33,000 nt of DNA, taken from Dicyema japonicum (lineage: Eukaryota > Animalia > Dicyemida). Position 1 is the first letter of the stretch, and each line of letters begins with the position of its first letter. Below the pieces are notes generated by a model. That model was not told the origin of the DNA. It made no database searches and saw nothing but the letters and a program-made list of their open reading frames with translations. Below are positions 1 through 12,362 of the stretch, in pieces. The DNA is taken from contig RDEW01000010.1 in NCBI GenBank assembly GCA_011109175.1, positions 1,296,999 to 1,329,998 on the forward strand. The letters are read 5' to 3'. A program made the translations under genes and the position numbers.

Positions 1-700
1 TTCACAACACGAAGTTTTCTTCCATCTTTTACAATACATTTCACCGACTCAGTGGTTGGAGCAATTTCCTTCATGTAAGTTATCATCATTCCATATTGGC
101 ACATTCTTTAGAACAAACTCCAATCGGAAAATCCCGAGACCTTTTCCAGTAACTCTAGCGTTCTTCAGTGATTTCAACTCACATGATAGGTTTGCAAGTT
201 TAATACTCTCTATGCTCTTGTCTATAGCCGAGAGTTCAACTGTTAATACATTTCGTTTCTCTTCCCAATGATTTGTCGACTCCATTGGTCGGGATTTGAG
301 TTTATCTTTGCCAGTTAACGGTTCCAGAGACAAATCCTTAATTCTTTCAATATTAGTCTTCTTAAAACCTTTCTAGAGGCAGCCTTTTTGATTTTAGTAA
401 ATCTTTTTGCAGGAGCTTTTTAACAACAAGCATCACCACACAACAACCACGTTTTTTTCGCAAATTTATAAAATCTATATATGAAGTAGGTAAAGGTCTC
501 CCATTTTCATCCATAGTACGTCTAACATGTTTTTAGACAAAATTAAAAATTTAGTTTTTCCTCGGAAAATAGGCCATTTGTTTTGGAATGATAAGTTTGA
601 CATAATATGTTTCCAATAATAGTCCATTGGAGCCTTTGGCAATGAGTTTTAAGCGTTTTTGTCCTGATGAGAAAATTAGAGACTTTAATTTATGTTATTG
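1..700 (-). mobile_element. Degenerate LINE ORF1 (gag-like) remnant, tentative
   Basis: Stop-ridden minus-strand frames give VRRTMDENGRPLPTSYIDF (~470-525) and FVLKNVPI (~95-118). These resemble Jockey/I-type ORF1 segments, and the second matches VVLRNVPL in the ORF1 remnant at ~16340. Confidence 0.3.
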
Positions 701-1423
701 TAATCTTCAGCTTTGTAAGCTGTGTCTACGAGGTCTGGAGGTTTTGAAATTGGAAGATGACTTATTTTACAATAATGAGCAATTAAGTGTTGACTTTATA
801 GCAGAAATCTTTGGTTAAAGATCATTATCCATCTTTTGTTTAAAATGGGTAGTTCTTTTAGAATTAACATTTCATTTTCCTGTTTTCTCTTGTAGGCGAA
901 TAAAACATGATTTCCATGTTAATGTATGGATTGTAGTCTGGTTTGACTGAGAGTATGGAGGAGTTTAACAAACAGTGATTTACCTGAGTAAGGAAAGTTG
1001 TTGTCTTTAAAGGTATAATTTAGTTAAAGACGTCCCATCATGATTTTCTTTAGTTTATAGTGGCTTTTCTGATTGCAGTGCGCAAAGAAGATAGGATTAT
1101 TTCTATGACGATTGGATTGTGGTCAGAGAATAATTATTGATGGTGAACGTGGAAGTACTTTTGCTATGGGAGAACAAGGTTTCTAGGAGAAATAGAGGAT
1201 GGTGATTAACCACCTATAAATTCATGGTGGATGCAAGTTCTGGAAAGTCAAAATGATTGAATATGGGAAAAAACGTATAAGTGATTTTTTTCAATATTTT
1301 ATTTGTATTCAATTTGTGAATAAGCCTACTATATGATTAACAAAACTAAATCCCTTACAAACTCTGAACCAGAGGACCATCAATTATTAATTCTCTGTAA
1401 TATCAAAGTAAATATAACAAATA

Positions 1424-2318
1424 TTATCGTCCACATTTAAATTTAAATTGTCCACTCTTAATACGTGGTTTACCATCTTTCACAAATCCACAAACTCTCT
1501 TTACAGGATTATACTTGGGAATATCATCAAACAACTCCACAGTTCTATCACAAATTGGGGTTTCTCTCACAAATTTGTCACCACTCAATGACTCCACTCG
1601 ACTCTCAGCCAACTGCCACTTCCTCTTATAGGCTGATCGGTCCTTTAACAGTCTAATTTAGTAACAATCACTACCGATGACGTTCTCCTGTAAGCACAGA
1701 CACCAACAGACATAACTGACGCACAGATTCGTCATTGACAGGATAACCACTAATCATCTCCTCGACCTCCTCAGGTTTTATCTTCAAAAATGATCTCACT
1801 GTGGTCAACTGCTTCTCTCTTATTCCAACCTCTTCTTCTTTAATCTCAAACTCCCGAAGTCTGTGATTTTCTGACTCCAAACACTCAATCTTTGATAACA
1901 CCAATAAAACCCTCCTCTTTAAACAGTCCCTTTTCTCCTCACAGCCTCTTTTAGATAATTCACTCTCATGTAGTTGCTTTGATAACGAAGCAATGAACTC
2001 TTTATCTTCCATAGCTTTTTCTTTAAGGAGATTAAGTTCTGTTGAAAGCATTTCTGCCTCATCTTTAAAAATACTAATCCTTTCTTTGAAAGACTCAGTG
2101 TCCCCCAATTCTGAATCGGTTGTGTTTTTATCAAAGAAAAGTCGAAATAGGGATGTTTTGGTTATTCTATCTCTGCAGGAAGGACAGGTGTTGTTGCCAA
2201 TTCCAATCCATCTATCAATACATTTTTCGTGGTAAACATGACCACATTTGAGTGCGGCTATTGGTAAAATTCCTCCAATGTTCAACACATCGCAACAGAT
2301 AGGACAAATTGCGCTCAT
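1424..2318 (-). CDS. TRAIP: TRAIP/NOPO-like RING E3 ubiquitin ligase, ~290 aa, 2 exons (2318-1675, 1652-1424)
   Basis: N-terminal RING CPICCD...IAALKCGHVYHEKCIDRW...TCPSCR followed by RLFFD and a long coiled coil, then EVEEMI...VRQLCLLVSVL, as in TRAIP. A 22-nt GT-AG intron (1653-1674) joins ORF 1671-2318 in frame to ORF 1424-1612. Confidence 0.8.
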
Positions 2319-2411
2319 AATTTTAAATTTAAACTTTTAATAAAATTTAATTATTAAAACAAAACTTTAACCAAATTTAACAAACAATAAAAAAGTTAAT
2401 ATATTTATTAA

Positions 2412-5400
2412 TCAACAACCTTCCTCGCCTGCCTGTTCGCCAGCCTCCTCAGGCAGGTTCGATTCTGGTTGCTGAAACAACTCCGAGAGCGCATTGTCAA
2501 ATTGAACCCTCTGCCCATATGGCATCTCAGGGCTCTGCCTCCTATACTCTAGTGTCAAGCTCTCTAGCGTCCTCTTTAACACAGTGGACTGTAGATAGGC
2601 CTGGAGCTTCCTATCTATCCCCAACTGCTTCAGATAACCCTTGTGGTACTTTGTTGAAATTCCTTCCCACGTCATTATTATAGGAATAACGAGGACTTTG
2701 CACCCATCTCGTTTGCAAGAAAGTCATACTTCCTTTTTTTCTCCACCTCCACAGTCTGCAAACGGTCTTGAGACGTAATGCCAACCTCTATGATAAGAAC
2801 TTGGCCAGACTCTTTATCGTATACCACAATATCCGGTTTATTGTGCTTGACTAGCACCGAGGTACGGATAACACTGTCTACCTTAATTTGGACCCTGGTG
2901 TTCTCTACTACAAATTGCACCTTATGAGTCCGCAACTTTCTGGTGTGGCGAATAACATACTTATTGCATAGTAGAAGATGAAGACTCCTTACTACTTCGT
3001 TATGCCTCCACACATAGTCGTGGCAGAGCATGGATCCACATCGAGTGGCTAAATGATCAACCGACATGCTCCTTGACTTACAGTGGGGACATGTATTTGT
3101 TGATCGACCCCAAAAAATATTGCGGTCTTGCATATACGTGTACAACGCCTCCGATCGAGGTGAGTTGTCACCGTATTTTAGCCATATTGTCGACGACTTA
3201 AGGTCGACATGTGGGTTGTCCAATGCTCTGAATAGGACCTTATGAAGGCTTTTTAAGTTGATCTTTTCCATCAAATTATTATATAGTAATTCGATCAACG
3301 CCTTCACATTTACTAGCCCACCATCATCAACACCATACTTAGCAGACAAAAAAGGTCTGATAGTGCCTAGGTGGGTTGCCCGTGTTTTCTCGGTCGTTAT
3401 TATGGCGTGCTTCCTAGCAGACACACTTGACCCAGCTATCAGGGTGTCGTGCATTCGCATTAGGATACGCTCACTTAGTTGGACTACTCCACACAGTCCA
3501 CGGCCGAATTTATCACGGGGTAAATATAGTCTCTCCTTATTGGCTGCCAACACATGGACATGGTTCTCTCTGAGTACTCCACGGATCATAACATCCATCT
3601 CATCATACTCTTTGGGCTCAAACTCCACAACACCTATGTAGTAGTTTAGCAGCGAGACAGCATACTCATTTAATGCTAGGAACAAATTCCTTGCATTTAG
3701 AGACGTCTTACACAATAACGCTGCTCTTTTACGGATGCCTTCAGTAATTTGTCGCTTTGTCTCAGGCATTATAAGGGACTTTGGAGATTCGGTAACACCC
3801 AGATACTTATATCCTTCGTGTTCCTCTAGGACTCTTACTAACTCGCTACATACTTGCGTGTTAGTCGCAGACTTTGAATAATTCAAATCTAGCCCTATAC
3901 TCTCAAAGAATTCCCTGGCACAGACCCCCATGGAGTAGAGCTCCTCGGCTGTTCGAGCATACATCTTCAGTCATCGATAAAAAGAAGGTGATTTGTACTG
4001 AAACAACCCCTTCACAATGAACTGGTATTTGCTCAAACCGGTCATTGAGGCGGCGACTCAATGGCTCCAAACAGAGAACAAAGAGTAGCGGAGACATGCT
4101 ATCCCTGAAGGATCCCCCTCTTGAGTTTTACCTCGCCTATCCGGTGCCTATTATAGTTCAGATGAATACTCCACCTATTCATCACAGCCACTACAAAGCT
4201 GATGAACCACACAGGCATACACAGACTGTGTAGGCACTCGACAAGGTAAGAATGATCAACTGAATCGTAAGCCTTCTTCACATCCACCCACATAGACAAA
4301 AGTGGGTTTCCGTGAGACACAGAAAGGCATTTGTTGATCAAAGCCTGCTCTTTTGCTCCCTGACAATTTCGCACAGTACCCAACTGATTCTCGGAGAGAA
4401 TCCCATTTGCTTCTACAAAGCTCCTGACCTCATTAGCCACCAATTTGGTCATCAGTTTATACAGGGTTGGCATGCAGGTTATCGGTCGATAATCTGCAGC
4501 AGACTGAGGGTTGTCCAGCTTTGGGATCAAATAAGTTGTCCCTGTGCAGGCCCAATCAGGAATCGTTTCCGGGTTAGTGATGCTTTTCTGTAATACACGA
4601 CACATAGACTCGTGCAATGAAGTGCATCTTTTGATAAAGAAATTATAAACTTTATCGACCCCGGTCGTTTTCCAATCAGGGAGATGTCTCACTACCGCCT
4701 CAAATTTCTTGCGGAAATCGAAAATTCCGCAAGATTCTGCCAAGAAAGGAGCGGCGCTGTACGGGACATTCCACGCATTTCCTCTGCGTGGTTTAGCCTC
4801 CCACATACTACCCCATGTGGAAAGCATTTCCGCGTCCTGCTGGGAACATGCACTATGGCCATTTTCGTGTAGGCGACGGTAAAACAATCTGCGATTAAAC
4901 TCAAACAGATTATTTTCTCTCCTTCTCTTACACCGACTTTCATGTGTATAGAGTTTCCTCTTATACACCATTATTGCCCCCTCTAACTCCACCTTTGCCC
5001 TCCTCAACTCTTTGAGGTCCCATTTGGGAACACGGAGTTTACTAATTAGCCCCTTTACTATAGGCGGTGCTTTTCCTTTAACCCCTCTCGCCACACTACT
5101 TATGTGCCCTCCAGTGCTTCCAGCTCAGTCTGTCTCCAAGCAATCTTGGCAGAGATCTGCTCCCTCCATTTACTGGGTGGTCTGGGCTTGTCCGTCAATT
5201 CCTCATATGTGATCTGTGCTACATACAGCACAAGGGGGATGTCACCCAATGACTCTACTGGCTTAGTCTCCACCGCATAAGCCACAGCTTTATTGATGCA
5301 GGTTAACACTACACCGTTAACCTTACAATGAGGAATCTTGCGGGTAAATCTACGGTCCTCAAGTGGGACATCTGCCGCTGCAGCGAGATGCCGCGCAAAA

Positions 5401-5601
5401 CCTCATAAACATGCTTGAGCTGCAACGTATCACAGCTCTGGTGCTCGTGCTCTTTTGACAGTTGTGGTCACCTGGTCCCCGCCCCTTTAGACCAGTACCC
5501 TCTTTGCCTACAGCCATCTTCTTGAGTTCACTTACAGATATAGCAGTACTGAATCTGCCACTGCAGAGCTCCGCCAAGTATGGCCATCCATTCCATGGCA
5601 T
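2412..5601 (-). mobile_element. R4/Dong-like non-LTR retrotransposon (RT plus restriction-like endonuclease), near full-length ORF broken by a few indels
   Basis: RT motifs YRPITCMPTLYK, QLG, WVDVKKAYDSV, GILQG[D]SMSPLLF, NHLLFIDD (across a frameshift), YKYLG and RLYLPR..GRGL. CCHC knuckle CPHC...DHLATRC, then RHNEVV, KPDIVVYD, IIEVGIT and KKRKYD. Visibly more GC-rich than the flanks. Confidence 0.93.
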
Positions 5602-5606
5602 TCGAG

Positions 5607-6330
5607 ATATCCTGCTACGTTAAAAACAGTGCTATGCTCGATTAATATACATTCAGTCTCAAAGAAGATTCTATCGAGAAAATATTTCAATCGGAGGTCC
5701 CAGGGAAGCTAAAGCTTTTGATCACTAACTTCCTAAGTAAACGAAAGGGACTTGTATGCCTCGGATGTCTTAAATCAATCTCACGGATCCTCCCCAACAA
5801 AGTTCCTCAAGGATCTCCTTTATCCCCTGCTCTGTTTAACCTCTTTCTGGCCGATCTCCCGACTCTAGAATCTGATAATGATGTTCTACTTTTCTATGCG
5901 GATGATTTTGTGTTGGCTTCGCGAGATCAGGACATCCAGAAGCCACAGAAAGAATCGTCTACGTCACTATTTACCACTGACAAAAGATTGGGAAAGAAGA
6001 CAGTCACCTTGAAGTTAAACAAGGTCGGAATCCTTTTCAACAGATGTCAAAGGATCTTGGGTGTGACAATTGACATGCATCTCTGTTTGACGTAGAAAAC
6101 ATTCTATTAAAATGCAAGAAGAAACTGAACGTATTGAGAAGTTTATCGGGAATATGGAAGAGTGGTACTCACCCAGTCCTGATGAACGTGTACAAACAGT
6201 ACATCGAGCCATGTTTCTCATATGCATGCTCCAACTCTTGGACAAATATGAGAAAAATTGAGGAAGTGCAAAAGAGGGCTTACAGAGTAACGGAACGTTG
6301 GATTTGTGAAGATCACCGAACCGGACCTAC
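5607..6330 (+). mobile_element. Jockey/I/L2-group LINE reverse transcriptase fragment
   Basis: VPQGSPLSPALFNLFLADLP, FYADDFVL, LGVTID and VYKQYIEPCFSYA motifs. 5' truncated where it meets the R4-like element. Confidence 0.8.
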
Positions 6331-6639
6331 ACCTCTGGAGGCCCTTATGAGACTAGACTCCAGATCACGGGAAGGTGGCCCTGAAAATTCAGGACCGTTC
6401 TGTACGTTCATGCACGGGCACGAAGGAAGAACACCGAGCAATGATAAGGTCTTTGTTAGAATGCATCGGGATCACGTGATAGTTAGTTTGGTTTTACCGT
6501 GGTCATGGGTTAAATAAAAAAATTAACTTAGGATACATCGAGAACCGGATATATCGAGTTTTTTGTGAAGTGCTGACGTCCTCGTTTCTTCTCTGTACAA
6601 CGGTTAAGAAAAATGTCTAAAATCAGAAGATACAAGAGA

Positions 6640-8075
6640 ATATGCTTGCCCTAAAGCTTCTTACGTTCAAAGCTAAGGAATATCTAAGCTTCAGTCAAGA
6701 AATACTCTCTGTGATGACCTAGAAATATATAACGTTTCTATTGACTGCATACAGGAGACGAAAATTACGTACTATCTCGATGAAAATCATGGAAAATATC
6801 GACTAATATGCCTACCCAGTGACTCAAAACACTATTGGATTCGCCATTCACAGAAAACTATCATCTGACATCAGTCGCATTTGGCGGGTGAATGACAGGA
6901 TCTGCGTAATACAGATCCACCTGAACAATCAATGTTTTCCTAAAAATACACTAACGATTATAAATGTATATGCACCACACTGTGGAAGAGTGGCAAAAAA
7001 CTCGACCGAACTGGATGAATTCTACTCAGCATTATCAAAGACGTATAATGAATATGAGTCGTCCTCACTTATATTCATTGCTGCCGATCTGAATGCGAAA
7101 ATTGGAACAAAAAAGAACTCAGAAGATACCTTCATGGGAAGCCACGGACGTGGGAAAAGAAACTTGCCTGGGACCATACTTGGCCATTTCTGCACGGCAA
7201 ACAAACTGTTCGTGTGTACACTTGTGTACACCGCATTCTCTCATTGTGCATGCCACATAACAACTTGGATGGGCGAACGAAGAAACCCAGATGGAAAACT
7301 ATATACAACCAATTTGATTATATTATAAACTCTAACGACAAACTCTCTCTTATAAACGCACGCTCATACGAAGGTTCAACAACTGTCAGCGATCACAGAA
7401 TAGTTATTGTCACCTTCAGCCTGGCGAAACATGGCATCAAACATAATAACATTACAAACAATAATAATGAGATTACAAGAAATGGAACGGGAAAACTGAT
7501 TTCTCATCCAAATTCAGTCATAATTTACCAAAAATGCATCTGCTCTCATCTGAAGGATTTAACACTAAGAATTTCATGGGATCGCACAAAGTATATAATA
7601 AACGAAGCAACAAGCCAGTACCTCGGCACGCGGGAGATGGTCAGTAAGGGTCGGACGATACATACAGAACAAACAAAAGAGTTAGCAAAGGAGTTAAAAG
7701 AAATCCATAAAAAAACTAAACAAAAAAGAATATAACTAAAGAAAAGCTTTTCAGGTGGGAGAGACCAAATCCGTAAAAAATCAGGAGACTGAACAAGACA
7801 CTCCACCATGAAGAAGTGCTCCGCAAAATCAATAAAGTATCCAAACTAAAAGATAATTCACAAATGTATATGGCCACTCGTTTACTACGTCACAAAAACC
7901 GGAAGAAATAATCATCAAAGACAAAAATGGAAAGACAATACTGAAGAGCAAGCGAAGTAATTGAAACACATTTGAGAAACTTTTCAATGTGACTACGCAA
8001 TCCCCCCCCCCTAAAGGGAAGCCTAGATTCTTGAAAGAACCAACTACAATTTTGGAATTAAAAACTAAAAAATAA
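6640..8075 (+). mobile_element. RTE-clade LINE, APE endonuclease region and linker (degenerate)
   Basis: CIQETK, GFAI, NDRI, IINVYAPH, FY, IFIAADLNAKIG, GRGKRN..G, TTW, NQFDYII and SDHRIV, with frameshifts. No RT domain follows. Confidence 0.88.
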
Positions 8076-8076
8076 T

Positions 8077-8570
8077 TTGGGTACACGTTGTAGCAGAATG
8101 CTCAATGGTGACTATGTGAGGAGGCATAACCAAGTTGTATGCATTCACCTGCATTTATGTAGAATGTATGACATCAAAAAAACAAACTCAGTTCGACCAA
8201 GTGTTACGAGGCAGAGGGTGGAAACCGAGTGGACATTTCCATCATATCTGACACTGAAATGCAACACAATAAGCCAGATATTTTCGTGTATGACAAATGA
8301 AGAATGAGATTTTGATTATACAAGTTGGAGTCACCTAACAAGAAGCAATCAAGCATGCAAATGTGGAGAGATTACACAAGTATGAATTGTTAGCTGGAGA
8401 ATTGAAGATTTTATATAATGCTCCTCTGATAATTAATCCTGCAGTTTCGACATGGGATTATCTCCACGTGCTACATAAATCATTTGAAAGCTTTGTCCAA
8501 TAGAGCTTATATTCAATCGGTAGTGTTAAAGAAAACATTAGAAAATATTATTGTCGAAATCCTTTACGCT
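8077..8570 (+). mobile_element. Degenerate 3' fragment (RLE domain) of a second R4-like element related to 2412-5601
   Basis: TRCSRMLNGDYVRRHNQVV.CIHLHLC, NKPDIFVYD, HKYELLAGEL, TWD and AYIQSVVLKKTLE are colinear with the C-terminus of the 2412-5601 element. Confidence 0.85.
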
Positions 8571-8927
8571 TCGAGGCGACTGCAAAAGGAGCAGCTCATT
8601 TTCAAAGCTGTGGACTCACAGTCCGAGAGGAAATAAAAGTCAGGCTGGTGAAGATCATCGTAAAGGAAAAATATTTAGTTTAGTCTAGTAATAGTTAACA
8701 TAATTTAATTTTGTTATTTCTTCTTTTGAGAAGTAAATTAGTAATATTTCACATCTATTACGAGATTAGATTCCCATTCATTTGATACCAAGAAATAAAA
8801 TTATTTTCTATACATTTATTAAGTTTGAATATAACCTTTAACCAAATTTAGATATATCCAAAATCCACAATTAAGAGGAATAAAGACAAGTGAAAATTTA
8901 TAGGATAAATACAAATAATAAAGTTAA

Positions 8928-9219
8928 TCAGTCTTCTATTAAAAAGGGAGTCACTTGCAAATGTTTATGTGTAGAGAATTCATAATTGACGTTAGAAGAA
9001 TTAATTCTAAAAAACATAAATGTGTCTGCTGACTGTTCATATTTCCCCACAAATGTCTGTCCTCCAATTTGTACAACAGGGTTAGTTGTGTTTATGTCCT
9101 AATGTAAAATAATGAAAAATAACTGTTATCTGACACGTTATAGTATCAGAAAAAGAATTTTTGCATGAATGTAGTTCATCATTGCTAAGTTCAATAATAA
9201 AATAAGATTCATTCATCAT
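8928..9219 (-). CDS. GTF3C6: TFIIIC subunit 6-like small protein, ~88 aa, 2 exons (9219-9124, 9098-8928); not in the supplied ORF track
   Basis: MMNESYFIIELSN...CQIT|DINTTNPVVQIGGQTFVGKYEQSADTFMFF...YEFSTHKHL resembles the TFIIIC_sub6 pattern (IDT..P.LQ....F.GEYE...GT..F). 25-nt GT-AG intron at 9099-9123; AT-rich upstream region. Confidence 0.7.
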
Positions 9220-9399
9220 ACACACGTAACCCTTAAGTTATAAAATATATTTAAAAACATTTTATTATAAACAATTACTCATAAATAAATTTTTAATAAA
9301 ATATTTTAATATATGTTGTCTTGGTTGACATTCATACACCGTGATATAAAAATATTCTCATTATTAAGAAAGGATAGAATCTTTGAGGTCTTGAAACAA

Positions 9400-9780
9400 C
9401 GATGACATTATCCTGACCTTACGCGTTCTGGACATATAGACTAACATAAGTGCATCAGCGTTTAGATATACTACACGTTTGGCTAAAGGACAAACAATCT
9501 ACTCAATCAATCTATGCTAAAATGCCCTTTTATAAATCTCACAAATCCTGGCGTAACCTTGGATATGCACACGTGTTTCTGTAGTGAAAAAATAGGAGAA
9601 TACCAAACTACTTAAAAATATTTCTAACTTATGGAAGATTTTAAACAATTCTATCCAATAATTAATAACAGTACATTGAGACTAGTATTTAGTGCGGATG
9701 CTTTTCGTTGGGTTCATCCATCTTATCATTAGTATACAGACAAAGTCGTACAAAGTAATATAAAAGCTGATTAATGTAAT
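9400..9780 (+). mobile_element. Highly degenerate LINE RT C-terminal fragment related to 5607-6330
   Basis: PGVTLDMHTCF at ~9547-9580 matches LGVTIDMHLCL at ~6057-6090. Confidence 0.45.
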
Positions 9781-10668
9781 AATTGTCATTAACCTCTATG
9801 GAAATCCTAATACCCCTTGTGATATTTTGATATTCTTACATCAAAGTTTTATCAAAAACGTGTTGTTACAACGTGTTGGTGTTTATACATTCTCTGAAAC
9901 TTATCCAAGAGAGGTCACACTACGAATGCGTATTTACAACTAAAAGGATTACGAACTCCCTTTACGAAAATAATAGGCAAAATCAAAGACAAGGATGGTG
10001 TAGAATTGCTAGGCCAACAGAACATCCGAAATCGTTGGAGAGAATACACGGAACGGCTATTTTCAGAAACTGTGTGCCCACCCATATGTGTTGATGAAGC
10101 AACGTTGGGTGAGGGGCATAAAATCCTTGAGGAAGAATGCGTGTGGGCTACACGGCAATTAACGGAGAACAAGGCACTGAGGATTGACTACATCTCAAGC
10201 GAATTGTTGAAAACTATACCGGTTACAGATATCACCGGTCTATGTCAAAAAATTTGGGAAACTGGTATTTGGCCACGCGAGTGGAAAAGATCTATATTTA
10301 TTCCAATACCGAAAAAAGGATAGCAAAGACAGTTCAAACTACAATGGCCTTAATTCCCCACGTCAGCAAAATACTTCTAAAAATACTACAACATTGTCTA
10401 ATGCCAAATGCCGAAATGATTCTACCGGATATCCAAGCAGGATTCAGGAAGGGACGAGGCACACGTGACCATATAGCAAATGTCCGGTGGATTATGGAGA
10501 AAGCCCATGAATCCTAAAAGAATGCATACATGTGCTTCATTGACTATCGGAAAGCTTTTGATTCCGTTATACATGACAAGCTGTGTTCCGCTTTAAAAGA
10601 ATTTGGATTCGATGCCCATCTGATATTATCAAATCTCTTTATAAGGATCAAGAAGCTATTGTTATAAC

Positions 10669-12362
10669 TAGGGCAATTTAAGTGCTAAAATGCTATTTTT
10701 ATTTTTTATACTTTTTTAAATATACAATTGAATTTGGAATAATTATTTTTTAATTTTGTTAAAAAACATAAATGCTATAAGTGCTATTTTTAATTTTAAA
10801 TGCTAATTTTTGTTTAAATGCTAATTTAAATTGCAGTTAATAATGTGTTTACGGATTCCGAAACCTGCAGGTCCAATCGAAAATTTCAAACCGATCGTGC
10901 TTTTGACCACTTTGCGATAAACATTTTCGATTACAACATTGAATATCAAATTCAGTTGACCAATACTTGTCACATAGTAAAAGCGGATTCAGACCAGGAA
11001 AATCAACTGCTGATATAGTATGGAGTCATCGGTAGCTTACGTCAATATGTCAGAAGTACAGAAAAACAATATATACTTTGGGAGTCGGCTAATCAAAAGC
11101 ATTCGACTGTGTCTGCCGAGATAAACTATTGCAAGTTCTCAAGGACATAATTGATGAGGACTGTTTGATGATTGTGCGTTTTTTGCTGGCTGACACGAGC
11201 CTCATAGTGAAAGTGGGGAAGGGCTATTCGGAAAAAATCACGACCGGCATTGGTATTCTGCAAGGGGACTCGCTTTCGCCAGTTCTCCTTGCAATCTATT
11301 TGGAAGCTGCGTTGAGGGACGTAGGAAAGAATTAGGTCACTTAAATAATCATTTTGTTGAATTAATGTATGCTGATGACATCAATTTTGTGTCTGAGGAT
11401 GTGGTGGTACTAAGAACTGTAATAGATAAAGCCACAACAGTTCTGGCGAGGTGGTCTTTGAAGATCAATTCAGAAAAACGGAGTTAACTTCGATTCAGCG
11501 GTTCGATAAGAAATGAAAATTTACTAAGAGGCTCGGCTCGTTTTTGGGTGATGCTGAGGTCATTGCTCGCAGAAAGATGTTGGTATCGTGTGCTCTGAAA
11601 AGGATGTGGAGTATTTGGACTCGCAGAAAACTTATCTCCTTAAATCTTCAGATGCGCTTATATAGCGCGTTCATACAACCAGTCCTATTATACAACTCGG
11701 GAACATGGAGAACATCAAAAACGGACCGTGACTGACTAGACACATTTCATAGAAATCAATTGAGAAAAATTGCGGGAATTAAATGGCCACAGATTATCAA
11801 AAAAGACACTCTTTACAAATTATGTAAATGCAAACCGATAAGCAGAGAAGTAATTACCTCACGCTGGCGACTTATCGGACATGTTCTGAGAATGGACGAA
11901 GTGATTCCTTGCAATCAAATGATGGAAGATTACTATTATACAAAGACTACATTTTGATAATGACAAGGCAAATATCAAAAATTATATAAATAAAAGAATG
12001 GAGGAAAATGGATTTAAACTTATTATTGAAATGACTGAACCAAAAATTAGCCAACAAGATTATTTTTCTCTTTCACGCTGTCAGGCATCCTATGCATCTG
12101 TTGAAAGAGCTATTAAAATGCTAAAAAATTTTTAAAAAAGGATAGGAACTTCCATCCAGACAATATCAAGCATTAACTTTTATTATATTACAATAAATAA
12201 AATTTAAATGTTTTATTTTATTATTTTAAGTTATAGATTTTACAATTTTAAATGATAGATTTTATCATTTTAAGTGCTAACTTTTTTAATTATAATTGCT
12301 AGATTTTATAGATTTTTTAGCGCTAACAAAATTTTTTTAAGTGCTAAAAACAACTTGCCCTA
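10669..12362 (+). mobile_element. hAT DNA transposon (internally deleted) with both TIRs and 8-bp TSD
   Basis: TIRs TAGGGCAATTT (10669) and AACTTGCCCTA (ending 12362). Perfect TSD GTTATAAC at 10661-10668 and 12363-12370. Dimerisation-domain remnant CQASYASVERAIKMLK...KDRNFHPDNI at ~11960-12195. Subterminal TGCTA repeats at both ends. Confidence 0.92.
10858..11957 (+). mobile_element. Second RTE-like LINE RT fragment nested inside the hAT element
   Basis: KPAGPIENFKPIVLL, SGFRPGKSTADIVWSH, SKAFD, GILQGDSLSPVL, MYADDINF, RLYSAFIQPVLLYNSGTW and RWRLIGHVLR. Confidence 0.88.

Noticed and set aside
340-1330. Coding-like frames with frequent TAA/TGA, suggesting a reassigned genetic code
   Set aside because: Stops of all types occur with frameshifts. 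The real genes translate cleanly in the standard code and end in TAA or TGA.
2412-5601. Whole window being microsporidian DNA
   Set aside because: Intron-dense FARSA and the TRAIP-, CEP126- and LAMP-like genes do not fit intron-poor, aciliate microsporidia.
6530-6570. CCGGATATATCGAG resembling a pogo/Tigger end
   Set aside because: No partner TIR or transposase remnant found.
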